A DNA stretch of 40,000 nt from Streptomyces phage Comrade: the sequence record MH651172.1. One strand, 5' to 3'. Positions within the stretch are counted from its first letter, which is position 1, and each line of letters starts with the position of its first letter. The notes beneath the pieces were generated by a model. It did not search any database, was not told the DNA's origin, and saw nothing but the letters and a program-made list of their open reading frames with translations. Positions 26,608 to 34,545 of this stretch are shown one piece after another. The position numbers were made by a program, and so were the translations under genes.

Positions 26608-27614
26608 ATGTTGAGGGCGAAACACATAACGACTTCCTGTGCTTCTGCCCCTTTCACGGAAATCGATTCAGTCCATCATTTAGTGTTTCCAAGACAAGTG
26701 GTGCTTATATCTGCTTCAACCACTCTTGTGGAATGAGCGGAACTCTAATTGACCTAGTCAAGAAGATTCCAAAGAGAGATGGTACATTCAGAAATGAATT
26801 TGCTGCTCGTAGGCTTATACTTAAGAAGGGTAGCGAAACGGAACAGGCTTTTGTAGACCAGATTGAAAAGTTGCTTGAGCCTGTTGTGGAGTTTCCTGAA
26901 TTTCCTCAAAAGACGTTGGACCGAATGTATGATGACTTCTGGCAAAATCCGGAGGCGGTTCGGTACATGGTTGAAGAAAGAGGATTTGAAGAGGAGACTC
27001 TAGAATATTTTCGCATCGGATTCTCTGCAAAGAAGGATATTATTGCGGTTCCTATGCATTCTCCTAAGGGAATTCCGGTGGGTGTTATTGGCAGACCAGC
27101 CGACAAAGAGAACAAGTTCTTCAAGAACTCTCAAGGTCTCCCAACAAGTAAGACTCTCTGGAATATCCATAGGGCTAAGAAGCATGGAGAAGTTGTTGTT
27201 GTATGCGAAGCGTCTTTTGATGCAATGAGAATTCATCAGGCGGGCTTTCCGAATGTCGTTGCCTGTCTTGGTGGTAACTTTAGTCCATATCACTTTGAGC
27301 AATTGAATCGTCACTTTAGTCGAATCATCATCATGACCGACTTTGATAAGAAGGAAAAGCACATCTACAGAAATTGTAGAAAGTGTAAGAGAAAGGGTTT
27401 GAACCTTTGCGTGGGACACAATCCAGGCCGTGACCTTGGTGCTACAATTGCGGCGGGTCTTCACAGAAAAGATGTCCTTTGGGCTTCTTACGAAGAGGGA
27501 ATGGTATACCCTGGTATGGCTAAGGATGCAGGAGATATGACGGATGCAGAAATCCGGCAATGCCTCAAGAATGCAGTCCAGAACTTTGTTTACGAAGGCT
27601 GGCAACTGTACTGA
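26517..27614 (+). CDS. DnaG-like DNA primase
   Basis: Zinc-binding FCPFHGNRFSPSFSVSKTSGAYICFNHSCGMSGTLIDLV and toprim-like VVVCEASFDAMRIHQAGFPNVVACLGG...IIIMTDFDKK. Confidence 0.85.
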   Translation: MGGRGDFEWDRTRETYTPNQVEATIRACGVDVEGETHNDFLCFCPFHGNRFSPSFSVSKTSGAYICFNHSCGMSGTLIDLVKKIPKRDGTFRNEFAARRLILKKGSETEQAFVDQIEKLLEPVVEFPEFPQKTLDRMYDDFWQNPEAVRYMVEERGFEEETLEYFRIGFSAKKDIIAVPMHSPKGIPVGVIGRPADKENKFFKNSQGLPTSKTLWNIHRAKKHGEVVVVCEASFDAMRIHQAGFPNVVACLGGNFSPYHFEQLNRHFSRIIIMTDFDKKEKHIYRNCRKCKRKGLNLCVGHNPGRDLGATIAAGLHRKDVLWASYEEGMVYPGMAKDAGDMTDAEIRQCLKNAVQNFVYEGWQLY

Positions 27615-27619
27615 GGTAT

Positions 27620-27643
27620 GGGAGGAACCTTCCTCCCAAGCTT
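27620..27643 (+). promoter_or_regulatory. Intergenic hairpin followed by AAGCTT (copy 1)
   Basis: GGGAGGAA-CC-TTCCTCCC then AAGCTT 27638-27643; no U tract. Confidence 0.55.
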
Positions 27644-27671
27644 GCCTTTGCGGAAGCGAAGGTGGTACAAT
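27642..27671 (+). promoter_or_regulatory. Putative promoter for the SSB gene
   Basis: TTGCCT (27642-27647), 18-nt spacer, TACAAT (27666-27671). Confidence 0.5.
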
Positions 27672-27724
27672 AGTAAGTAGAAGCCTCGGTAGTAGGCTCA
27701 AATATATAGGAGATTATAAAACAA

Positions 27725-28432
27725 ATGGCAAAGACGATTAAGGGACTTGCGTCCATTCAGGCAAACCAGAAGGCACAGCAGGAGCGTGCTGAGGCAGGTA
27801 ACCGCCCCAAGGCGGATTGGTTCAAGTTTCCAAAGGGACAGCCGAATGTAGTTGTTCGATTCCTTCAGGAGCTTGACCCTGGTATGGAGAATTACCGTGA
27901 GGACCGTGGTATTGGCTTCATTGCAACCGAGCACAATGCGCCTGGCCCTGATGGCTGGAAGCGTCGTGGACTCTGCACTGTTGATGATGGTGCGTGCTAC
28001 GCTTGTGAGCGTCACAAGTTGGATTACAAGGCCGGTTGGAGGCAGAAGCAGAACCTTTACATCAACGTTCTTGCTGACCTAGGCGATGGCCCAAAGGTTT
28101 ACATTCTTACTCGTAATGCGAATTCCGTTTTCGCTCAGAACCTTATTCAGGAGGCTCTTGATGAGGGAAGCATTACGAATGCAAATTACCGTCTGACCAA
28201 GACTGGTGAGGGAACTCAGACTCAGTGGTCGTTGAAGCGTCTTAAGGACGAGCCTTTCAATGACGAGAAGGCTGAGGTTTGGGACCTTGACCAGGCTGCC
28301 GTCCGTGAGGTAGAGTACGAGAAGCAGCCCGAGTATTACGGTGCTGTTGCGTCTGAGGACGATGCACCTGCTTCGGCTTCTTCTTCACCTTCTATGGCGA
28401 AGCCACAGTCTAACGCTGACGACGAGTGGTGA
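27725..28432 (+). CDS. single-stranded DNA-binding protein, T4 gp32-like type
   Basis: N-terminal region with a CTVDDGACYACERH cysteine/histidine cluster and acidic C-terminal tail ending DADDEW-like (QSNADDEW). Confidence 0.7.
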   Translation: MAKTIKGLASIQANQKAQQERAEAGNRPKADWFKFPKGQPNVVVRFLQELDPGMENYREDRGIGFIATEHNAPGPDGWKRRGLCTVDDGACYACERHKLDYKAGWRQKQNLYINVLADLGDGPKVYILTRNANSVFAQNLIQEALDEGSITNANYRLTKTGEGTQTQWSLKRLKDEPFNDEKAEVWDLDQAAVREVEYEKQPEYYGAVASEDDAPASASSSPSMAKPQSNADDEW

Positions 28433-28445
28433 TGTGATTTAGCTG

Positions 28446-28478
28446 GAACCCCCGCTGTTGATTCGGCGGGGGTTCTTT
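28446..28478 (+). terminator. Rho-independent terminator after the SSB gene
   Basis: Perfect 10-bp stem GAACCCCCGC / GCGGGGGTTC, 10-nt loop, then TTT. Confidence 0.8.
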
Positions 28479-28486
28479 GCTATGAT
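28458..28486 (+). promoter_or_regulatory. Putative promoter nested within the terminator, predicted leaderless
   Basis: TTGATT (28458-28463) begins in the terminator loop, 17-nt spacer containing the 3' stem arm, TATGAT (28481-28486), ATG at 28492. Confidence 0.65.
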
Positions 28487-28491
28487 AGAAC

Positions 28492-28788
28492 ATGTTCGAA
28501 TTTACACCAGAGTACAAGAGGTACATTGAGAGTGACAGATGGAAGCTGGTCTGTGCTCGGTATTGGGCTGTGTACGGCAAAAAGTGCCAGGCATGTGGCT
28601 CACGTAAAAACCTGCACGTTCATCATAATACGTATGAGCGGTTTGGTCGGGAAGTATTGAAAGACCTCACAGGAGTTTGCCAGGCATGTCACAGAGAGAT
28701 TCATAGACTTCATCGGCGGGATAGACGAAAGAGCCTGAGGTCTGTTACACTAAGCTTCGTAAACGCAAAGAAAATTAGACGTCTGTGA
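28492..28788 (+). CDS. HNH endonuclease
   Basis: 98 aa; CQACGSRKNLHVHHNTYERFGREVLKDLTGVCQACHREIHRLHRR: paired CxxC and HHxxY...C..CHxxIH. Confidence 0.85.
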   Translation: MFEFTPEYKRYIESDRWKLVCARYWAVYGKKCQACGSRKNLHVHHNTYERFGREVLKDLTGVCQACHREIHRLHRRDRRKSLRSVTLSFVNAKKIRRL

Positions 28789-28834
28789 CCCATTAGCCTA
28801 GAAGTGTCACAGCAGATTGTTAGGAGAAAAGGCT

Positions 28835-31800
28835 TTGGCTTATACAGAACTGCATTTGCACGATTACTATTCAACTCTGGACGGATTGAATTCTCCAGAC
28901 GAGTACATGATTCGTGCCAAGGAGTTGGGAATGACCCATCTCGCACAGACAAATCACGGTACCCTGCTTGGTCACCGTGAATTCCAGAAGTCTGCAAAGA
29001 ACGCTGGAATTGTTCCGATTCTCGGTGTTGAGGCGTACATTTCGCCTACCGACCGATTCGACCGACGCGCAAAGAATAAGCGTACTGACGGAACGAACGT
29101 GTACAATCACCTTATCATTCTTGCTCAGGGTGAGACGGGAATGAAGACTCTTCAGACTCTCAATGAGAAGGCGTGGACTGAGGGATTCTATAACAAGCCA
29201 CGTATTGATATGGAGCTTCTTGAAGAGCACAATGATGGCCTTATCATTCTTTCTGGCTGTCTTAACTCGATGCTGTGCAAGGCAATTGAGGCGGGTAACG
29301 TTGAAGAGGCTCACAGGATTGCCCTTGAATTTCGGCGGATTCTTGGTGACAGGTTTTACATTGAAGTTCAGGCTCACAACCCTGTGTATATGAACCAGGC
29401 TCTATTCGAGATTGCTGACAAGAATGGAATCAAGCCTGTTGTTACTTCTGACTGTCACTATGCTCGTAAGGAAGACCTTTGGATTGAAGAGGCTATGCTC
29501 ATTCTGTCTACGAATCCAAAGTTCAGTCGAGACTTTGACTTTACCAAGTCTCAGAAGATGGACATGCTTGAGCGGTTCAATTATCTGTATCCAGACAGGG
29601 TCATGACCTTTGAGGAAATCCAGATTTACCTAAAGTCTGCTGAGGAGCAGCTTACGGATTTCTCAAGGAATGGTTTCGAGCGAGAGGATATTGTCAAGAA
29701 TACAGAGGAAATTGCTTCTCGAATTGAGGAATACGCTTTCCATCAGAACCTTGACCTTCTTCCTAAGCCTAAGAATGGTAATCCAGACGAGTTGCTAGAA
29801 AAGAAGGCTCGGGCGGGTTTGCGTAATCGTGGTCTGGATAAGGACCCGGTATATGTAGAAAGGCTTGAGGAAGAGCTTGAAATCATCAAGTCAAAGGATT
29901 TCTCGACGTACTTCCTTGTTGTGGCTAATACGATTAAGTGGGCAAAGGACAATGAGATTCTTGTTGGTCCCGGCCGTGGTTCTGGTGCTGGCTCTCTTGT
30001 GAACTATGCTCTTGGAATTACAGAAGTTGACCCGATTAAGTGGGGTCTTCTGTTCTTCCGATTCATTAACCCAGAGCGAAATGACTTCCCTGACATTGAT
30101 ACCGACTTTGAGGACCGTAGGCGTAACGAAATCAAGGACTATCTTACGAGAAAGTTCAAGCACGTTGCCTCTATTGCCACGGTTGGTTATTTCAAGGATA
30201 AGGGTGTTGTTCGAGACGCAGCACGAGTGTTCCGAATTGACCCGGCTGAAACAGATGAGGCGTTGAAGACCATCGCCACTTTTGAGGAGTATCAGACTTC
30301 AAAGGCTACTGAGGGGTATCGTAAGAAGTATCCTGAGGTAGAGAAGTTGGCGAATGAGCTTCGTGGTCGTATTCGTCAGACTGGTATGCACGCTGCTGGT
30401 ATTGTTATCTCTAAGGAGCCGATTGCTAACTTTGCTCCGATTGAGACTGCTGCTGACCCAAAGGATAAGACGGCTCCCCGTAGGGCTCTTGTGGCTCTGG
30501 ATATGAATGAGGCTGCTGACCTTGGTCTGATTAAGTTGGATGCACTTGGGCTTAAGACCCTTTCCGTGATGGGTGATGCGGTGAAGATGATTGAGCAGCG
30601 TACTGGTCGAAAGATTGTCCTGACTGACATTCCTCTTGAGGATAAGAAGGTTTATGACATGATTTCGGCGGGTCACACAAAGGGTATCTTCCAGTGTGAG
30701 GCTGGTCCGTATACAGGACTCATCATGAATATGGGTGGTATCTCCTCCTTCGCTGAACTTGCAGCCTCTAACGCTCTTGTTCGTCCGGGTGCGATGAATA
30801 CCATTGGTGCTGAGTATATCGCTCGAAAGAATGGTGAATCTCCGGTTACGTATCCTCACGAGGATATGAAGTGGTTTACTGAAGAGACTTATGGTGAGAT
30901 TCTTTATCAGGAGCAGGTTATGCTTACGATGACCGAACTTGCCGGAATGTCTATGGCAACCGCTGATAAGGTTCGTAAGATTATTGGTAAGAAGAAGGAT
31001 GTCAGTGAATTTGAGCAGTACAAGGCTGAATTCGTTGAGGGTGCTTCAAAGAAGGTTTCTAAGGCTGTGGCTGAAAAGCTGTGGCACGACTTTGAGGCTC
31101 ACGCTGGTTACTCCTTTAACAAGAGTCACGCCGTGGCTTATTCCATGATTTCTTACTGGACTGCATGGCTCAAGACGTACTACCCAATTGAGTTCGTTTA
31201 CGCTATGATGAAGAACGAGAACGATAAGGATGTCCGTACCACTTACCTCATTGAGGCTAAGCGAATGGGTGTGAAGGTCAAGTTGCCTCACGTTAACCAT
31301 TCCGACCTTGACTTCTCTGTGGAAGAGGATGGTATTCGATTCGGTCTTGCCAACATCAAGTTCATTTCGACCAATCTTGGTACCAAGTTGATTGAGGCTC
31401 GTCCTTATGAAAACTATGCTGCGCTTGAGGCGAAGGTTACTGAGAAGGGCAATGGGCTTAACATCAGGGTTCTCAAGGCTCTGAATGCAATTGGTGCAGC
31501 CACGTTTGCTGATAATCCTAAGCGAGGAGATGAGCGACACTTCTTCTATGAGTATCTGAGTATTCCCGCTTTCGAAATTCCTGACATGCCTGAGGGTGTT
31601 CGTAATCAGTTCACTCCATTGAGCGCTTTCCGTGAAGATGAAACCAGTATCATTATGGGAATGGTCAAGAATGTGAAGCGTGGAAAGGGATGGTCTCGTA
31701 TTGAAGTTGTTGATGAAACTGGTGAGGCTTCATTCTTCCATAAGGAAGATACTCTGATTGCACCAGGTAATATGTACGCAATGCTGATTGCCAATAAGCG

Positions 31801-32125
31801 ATTGGCTCGGTATGTTGAAATCAGTGATTTCGTGCGGGGTTCTTCGAATACATTCGTAAGATATGTATATTCAAAGAATCTGTCCCATGTGACAGAAGGC
31901 TTCTACTATGTAGTTTCCAATCAGACTCGTAAGACGAGGGCTGGAAAGAACATGGCCGACCTAGTCCTTGCGGATGGGGAAAAGAACCTGTATCCTGTAC
32001 TAGTGTTCCCACAGATGTTCCACAAGGCTTATGGCTTCTGCAAGGAAGGTGGAGTTATTGAGGCAACTCTAAAGGAGACTCAGGACGGAGACAGTTACTT
32101 CCTTGACGAAGTAATTCCGCGCTAA
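28835..32125 (+). CDS. dnaE: DNA polymerase III alpha subunit (DnaE-like) with PHP domain
   Basis: TTG 28835 follows TAGGAGAAAA; MAYTELHLHDYYSTLDGLNSPDEYMIRAKELGMTHL..., PHP-like motifs, polymerase motif NDFPDIDTDFEDRRRNEI, GSGAGSLVNYALGITEVDP. Confidence 0.95.
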   Translation: MAYTELHLHDYYSTLDGLNSPDEYMIRAKELGMTHLAQTNHGTLLGHREFQKSAKNAGIVPILGVEAYISPTDRFDRRAKNKRTDGTNVYNHLIILAQGETGMKTLQTLNEKAWTEGFYNKPRIDMELLEEHNDGLIILSGCLNSMLCKAIEAGNVEEAHRIALEFRRILGDRFYIEVQAHNPVYMNQALFEIADKNGIKPVVTSDCHYARKEDLWIEEAMLILSTNPKFSRDFDFTKSQKMDMLERFNYLYPDRVMTFEEIQIYLKSAEEQLTDFSRNGFEREDIVKNTEEIASRIEEYAFHQNLDLLPKPKNGNPDELLEKKARAGLRNRGLDKDPVYVERLEEELEIIKSKDFSTYFLVVANTIKWAKDNEILVGPGRGSGAGSLVNYALGITEVDPIKWGLLFFRFINPERNDFPDIDTDFEDRRRNEIKDYLTRKFKHVASIATVGYFKDKGVVRDAARVFRIDPAETDEALKTIATFEEYQTSKATEGYRKKYPEVEKLANELRGRIRQTGMHAAGIVISKEPIANFAPIETAADPKDKTAPRRALVALDMNEAADLGLIKLDALGLKTLSVMGDAVKMIEQRTGRKIVLTDIPLEDKKVYDMISAGHTKGIFQCEAGPYTGLIMNMGGISSFAELAASNALVRPGAMNTIGAEYIARKNGESPVTYPHEDMKWFTEETYGEILYQEQVMLTMTELAGMSMATADKVRKIIGKKKDVSEFEQYKAEFVEGASKKVSKAVAEKLWHDFEAHAGYSFNKSHAVAYSMISYWTAWLKTYYPIEFVYAMMKNENDKDVRTTYLIEAKRMGVKVKLPHVNHSDLDFSVEEDGIRFGLANIKFISTNLGTKLIEARPYENYAALEAKVTEKGNGLNIRVLKALNAIGAATFADNPKRGDERHFFYEYLSIPAFEIPDMPEGVRNQFTPLSAFREDETSIIMGMVKNVKRGKGWSRIEVVDETGEASFFHKEDTLIAPGNMYAMLIANKRLARYVEISDFVRGSSNTFVRYVYSKNLSHVTEGFYYVVSNQTRKTRAGKNMADLVLADGEKNLYPVLVFPQMFHKAYGFCKEGGVIEATLKETQDGDSYFLDEVIPR

Positions 32126-32129
32126 AATG

Positions 32130-32160
32130 GCGGCCCTTCGGGGCCGCAAGCTTTAAGGAG
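32130..32160 (+). promoter_or_regulatory. Intergenic UUCG-capped hairpin followed by AAGCTTTAAGGAGG (copy 2)
   Basis: GCGGCCC-TTCG-GGGCCGC (32130-32147) then AAGCTT 32148-32153 and the ribosome binding site. Confidence 0.65.
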
Positions 32161-32164
32161 GAAA

Positions 32165-32344
32165 ATGGAAGAAACATTTGAGGTTGACCTTTCTCAATTC
32201 CTGGCTGCTATTATTGAGTCTATGGGTGGAGAAGTCAGGATTCCTTATGACACCCTGCAAAGTGATGCGAAGGGTATTGCCATCGATTTTGAAGAAGATG
32301 GCGCAATTCTTGTTCTAAGTCTAGTTGAGGAGATTCCATCATGA
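32165..32344 (+). CDS. small hypothetical protein (below the ORF track length cutoff)
   Basis: AAGGAGG RBS; 59 aa MEETFEVDLSQFLAAIIESMGGEVRIPYDTLQSDAKGIAIDFEEDGAILVLSLVEEIPSS; overlaps the dUTPase start. Confidence 0.75.
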   Translation: MEETFEVDLSQFLAAIIESMGGEVRIPYDTLQSDAKGIAIDFEEDGAILVLSLVEEIPS

Positions 32345-32778
32345 TGGTCGAGTATAAGTTGCTGAGTGAAAAGGCTCAGGCTCCCGTTTTTATGCGGGAT
32401 GGGGATGCAGGTGCAGATATCTGTACGACGGAGGCATTTGTTCTAGCCCCTGGTGAGCGCAAGATGGTTCATACTGGGGTGGCTATTGCTGTCCCCGATG
32501 GGTATGCTGCTTTCGTACATCCACGCTCCAGTCTTGCAGCTATACATGGTATCTCTGTTGTAAATGCGCCTGGCACAATTGACGCCGGGTATCGTGGTGA
32601 GGTTTGTGTAATTCTCATCAATCACGGAGATGTTTCTATGGAATTCTCTGAGGGTCAGCGTATTGCCCAGCTTGTATTTCAGCGTGTTGAGCATCCAAGT
32701 TTTGTATTTGTTCGTGAATTTACTGATGACCGAACAGAGCGTGGAACTGGCGGATTTGGCTCGACGGGCACGGTCTGA
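32341..32778 (+). CDS. dut: dUTP diphosphatase
   Basis: Conserved motifs DAGADI, PRSSLA, GTIDAGYRGEV, RIAQLV, RGTGGFGSTG. Confidence 0.97.
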   Translation: MMVEYKLLSEKAQAPVFMRDGDAGADICTTEAFVLAPGERKMVHTGVAIAVPDGYAAFVHPRSSLAAIHGISVVNAPGTIDAGYRGEVCVILINHGDVSMEFSEGQRIAQLVFQRVEHPSFVFVREFTDDRTERGTGGFGSTGTV

Positions 32779-32783
32779 CGTAG

Positions 32784-32789
32784 TACAAT
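32784..32789 (+). promoter_or_regulatory. Putative -10 element (TACAAT), possible leaderless transcript
   Basis: TACAAT 6 nt before ATG 32796; weak -35 TCGACG (32761-32766) at 17-nt spacing. Confidence 0.4.
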
Positions 32790-32795
32790 AGAAGT

Positions 32796-32996
32796 ATGAT
32801 GAACGGCTACTTCCTCAGGGGAATCACAGAAGACAATATTCTTGTTTTCAGAAGTGATGACCCTGAGGAGCTTCTACGTATTATCAAGCGACTATGCGCC
32901 AGCCGCGATAAACAAATTAGAGCGCTAGCAGAACAACTAGAAATTGACTGGAACAGTCGAGAAAATACAAGAAAAGGTAATAATAAAACTAGATGA
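32796..32996 (+). CDS. small hypothetical protein
   Basis: 66 aa, ATGA overlap with the RecA-like gene. Confidence 0.65.
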   Translation: MMNGYFLRGITEDNILVFRSDDPEELLRIIKRLCASRDKQIRALAEQLEIDWNSRENTRKGNNKTR

Positions 32997-34018
32997 GTTT
33001 CGAAGATTTTGTTTCCAAACTGGACCCCAAGACAGCTAAGCGTCTTCAGGTTGCTCAGGAGATTGAGACTACTCAGCTCCCATTGGCAAGTATTGGTCTA
33101 ACTCATGCTCTGAATGGAGGAATTGGCCAAGGTCGCGTTTCGACATTCTACGGCAATCAGAGTAGTGGTAAGTCCCTTGTTCTTATGCAGACGATTGGTC
33201 AGCTACAGAAGCAAGGATTTGTATGTGCCTATGGAGACGCAGAGGGCACCTATACAAAGGAATTTGGAAAGCGTCTCGGAATCAACAATGATGAGTTGAT
33301 TTACGTTCGTAAGAAGTCTACTGGTGCAATGACGGATAAGATTATTCCGCTAATTGAGGCTGGTGTAGACTTCCTTGTGGTCGATAGTATCAGTGACTTG
33401 CTTCCAGAAGTATTTGTTGGAACTGATGGTAATGTCAAGGAATTTGCTGATATGAAGCAGATTGGTGCTCACGCAAAGTCTATTACAGCAATGTTGAATG
33501 CTATTCACTATGCTAACGAAAAGACGGCGGTGGCCCTTATCAGTCAGACCACAACAAAGATTGAGAACACCTACGTTCAGCAGGTTCCTCACGGAGGCCA
33601 GAAGGTTTTGTTTGGCTCTTCCCAGATTGTTAAGTTGACATCTAGTAATACGGATGCCAAGCAGATTAAGGGAATGGTCCAGCAGGGTGATAGGCTTGTT
33701 GAGAAGCCAATTGGTCGAAAGGTTGATTTGCTTGTAGAGAAGAACAAGTTGGGTCCTCAGCATCGTCGTTGTTCATACGACATGTATTACGACGGCCCGG
33801 CTGTAGGTGTTGACCTTGCTGGTGAGGTCTTTGATATGGCTGTAGACTTTGGTGTTGTAAACAAGTCTGGAGCATGGTACGATTACCAGGATAAGACAAT
33901 TTACACTCAGGGTCGTCCAGCGTTCCTTGAGGAGATTAAGAAGGATGATGAGCTGTACTCTCAGTTGAAGAAGGAGGTTAACATCGCTCTAAATGGTGGT
34001 GTTATTGACGACGAGTGA
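32993..34018 (+). CDS. RecA-like recombinase
   Basis: Walker A GRVSTFYGNQSSGKSLVLMQ, Walker B VDFLVVDSISDLL, and VALISQTTTKI region. Confidence 0.9.
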   Translation: MSFEDFVSKLDPKTAKRLQVAQEIETTQLPLASIGLTHALNGGIGQGRVSTFYGNQSSGKSLVLMQTIGQLQKQGFVCAYGDAEGTYTKEFGKRLGINNDELIYVRKKSTGAMTDKIIPLIEAGVDFLVVDSISDLLPEVFVGTDGNVKEFADMKQIGAHAKSITAMLNAIHYANEKTAVALISQTTTKIENTYVQQVPHGGQKVLFGSSQIVKLTSSNTDAKQIKGMVQQGDRLVEKPIGRKVDLLVEKNKLGPQHRRCSYDMYYDGPAVGVDLAGEVFDMAVDFGVVNKSGAWYDYQDKTIYTQGRPAFLEEIKKDDELYSQLKKEVNIALNGGVIDDE

Positions 34019-34206
34019 AGTTTAGTGATTTCGTTGCTCAGGAACAAGAGGCAGAGGCTCCGAAGGGAATTCCTGTTGATGGTGGCTTTAGCTGTCAGAC
34101 ATGTTATGAGCAATGCGACGAGGCGGAGTATTTCCGCATTGAAAAGATTTTGAAGTGGAAGTGTTCGGAGGGACACATTTCCTATGTTGAGGACTTTATT
34201 CTCTGA
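34015..34206 (+). CDS. small zinc-binding-like protein
   Basis: 63 aa, GTG start overlapping the previous gene; FSCQTCYEQCDEAEYFRIEKILKWKCSEGHIS. Confidence 0.65.
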   Translation: MKFSDFVAQEQEAEAPKGIPVDGGFSCQTCYEQCDEAEYFRIEKILKWKCSEGHISYVEDFIL

Positions 34207-34210
34207 GATA

Positions 34211-34318
34211 GTGGAGAATGTCAGTTTGTTTCTCAGCGGTATGCTTTTGGGGGTGGCTTTGGGAATCATTGCCACCCTCATTGGTGTTACGGCATATATG
34301 AATAGAGATAAAGAATAA
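34211..34318 (+). CDS. single-pass membrane micropeptide (below ORF track cutoff)
   Basis: GTG 34211; 35 aa MENVSLFLSGMLLGVALGIIATLIGVTAYMNRDKE; stop overlaps next ATG (TAATG). Confidence 0.6.
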   Translation: MENVSLFLSGMLLGVALGIIATLIGVTAYMNRDKE

Positions 34319-34545
34319 TGTGGTGGTCGTGGGTTTTGACCGCAGTAGGTGTCACAGGTCTATATTTTGCTGGCAAGAACAATAAGCTCGGATGGGCTAT
34401 TGGAATCTTTGCCCAGACCTTGTGGACAGCATATGCTCTGACTACAGAGCAGTATGGTTTCCTAGTATCAGCCTTTGCGTATGGCTGGGTGTATGTGAAG
34501 AACTATCTAGCTTGGAGGAAAATTGAGCGAAGCGGAAGAGATTAA
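34318..34545 (+). CDS. small membrane protein
   Basis: 75 aa MWWSWVLTAVGVTGLYFAGKNNKLGWAIGIFAQTLWTAYALTTEQYGFLVSAFAYGWVYV..., two to three hydrophobic segments. Confidence 0.75.
   Translation: MWWSWVLTAVGVTGLYFAGKNNKLGWAIGIFAQTLWTAYALTTEQYGFLVSAFAYGWVYVKNYLAWRKIERSGRD

Noticed and set aside
27000-27701. 233-aa minus-strand ORF opposite the primase gene
   Set aside because: Opposes a gene with clear primase motifs; no recognisable family or start signal; all other supported genes are on the plus strand.
21964-28788. The two HNH genes as group I intron or intein homing endonucleases
   Set aside because: Neither is embedded in a split gene; the adjacent genes appear intact, so they are treated as free-standing HNH endonucleases.
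29891-31540. Minus-strand ORFs opposite the dnaE gene
   Set aside because: Shadow ORFs over a gene with unambiguous DnaE motifs.
32130-32147. The UUCG hairpin as a rho-independent terminator
   Set aside because: It is followed by AAGCTTTAAGGAGG instead of a T tract, and the same layout occurs at 37082; a leader or processing element fits better, though weak termination cannot be excluded.
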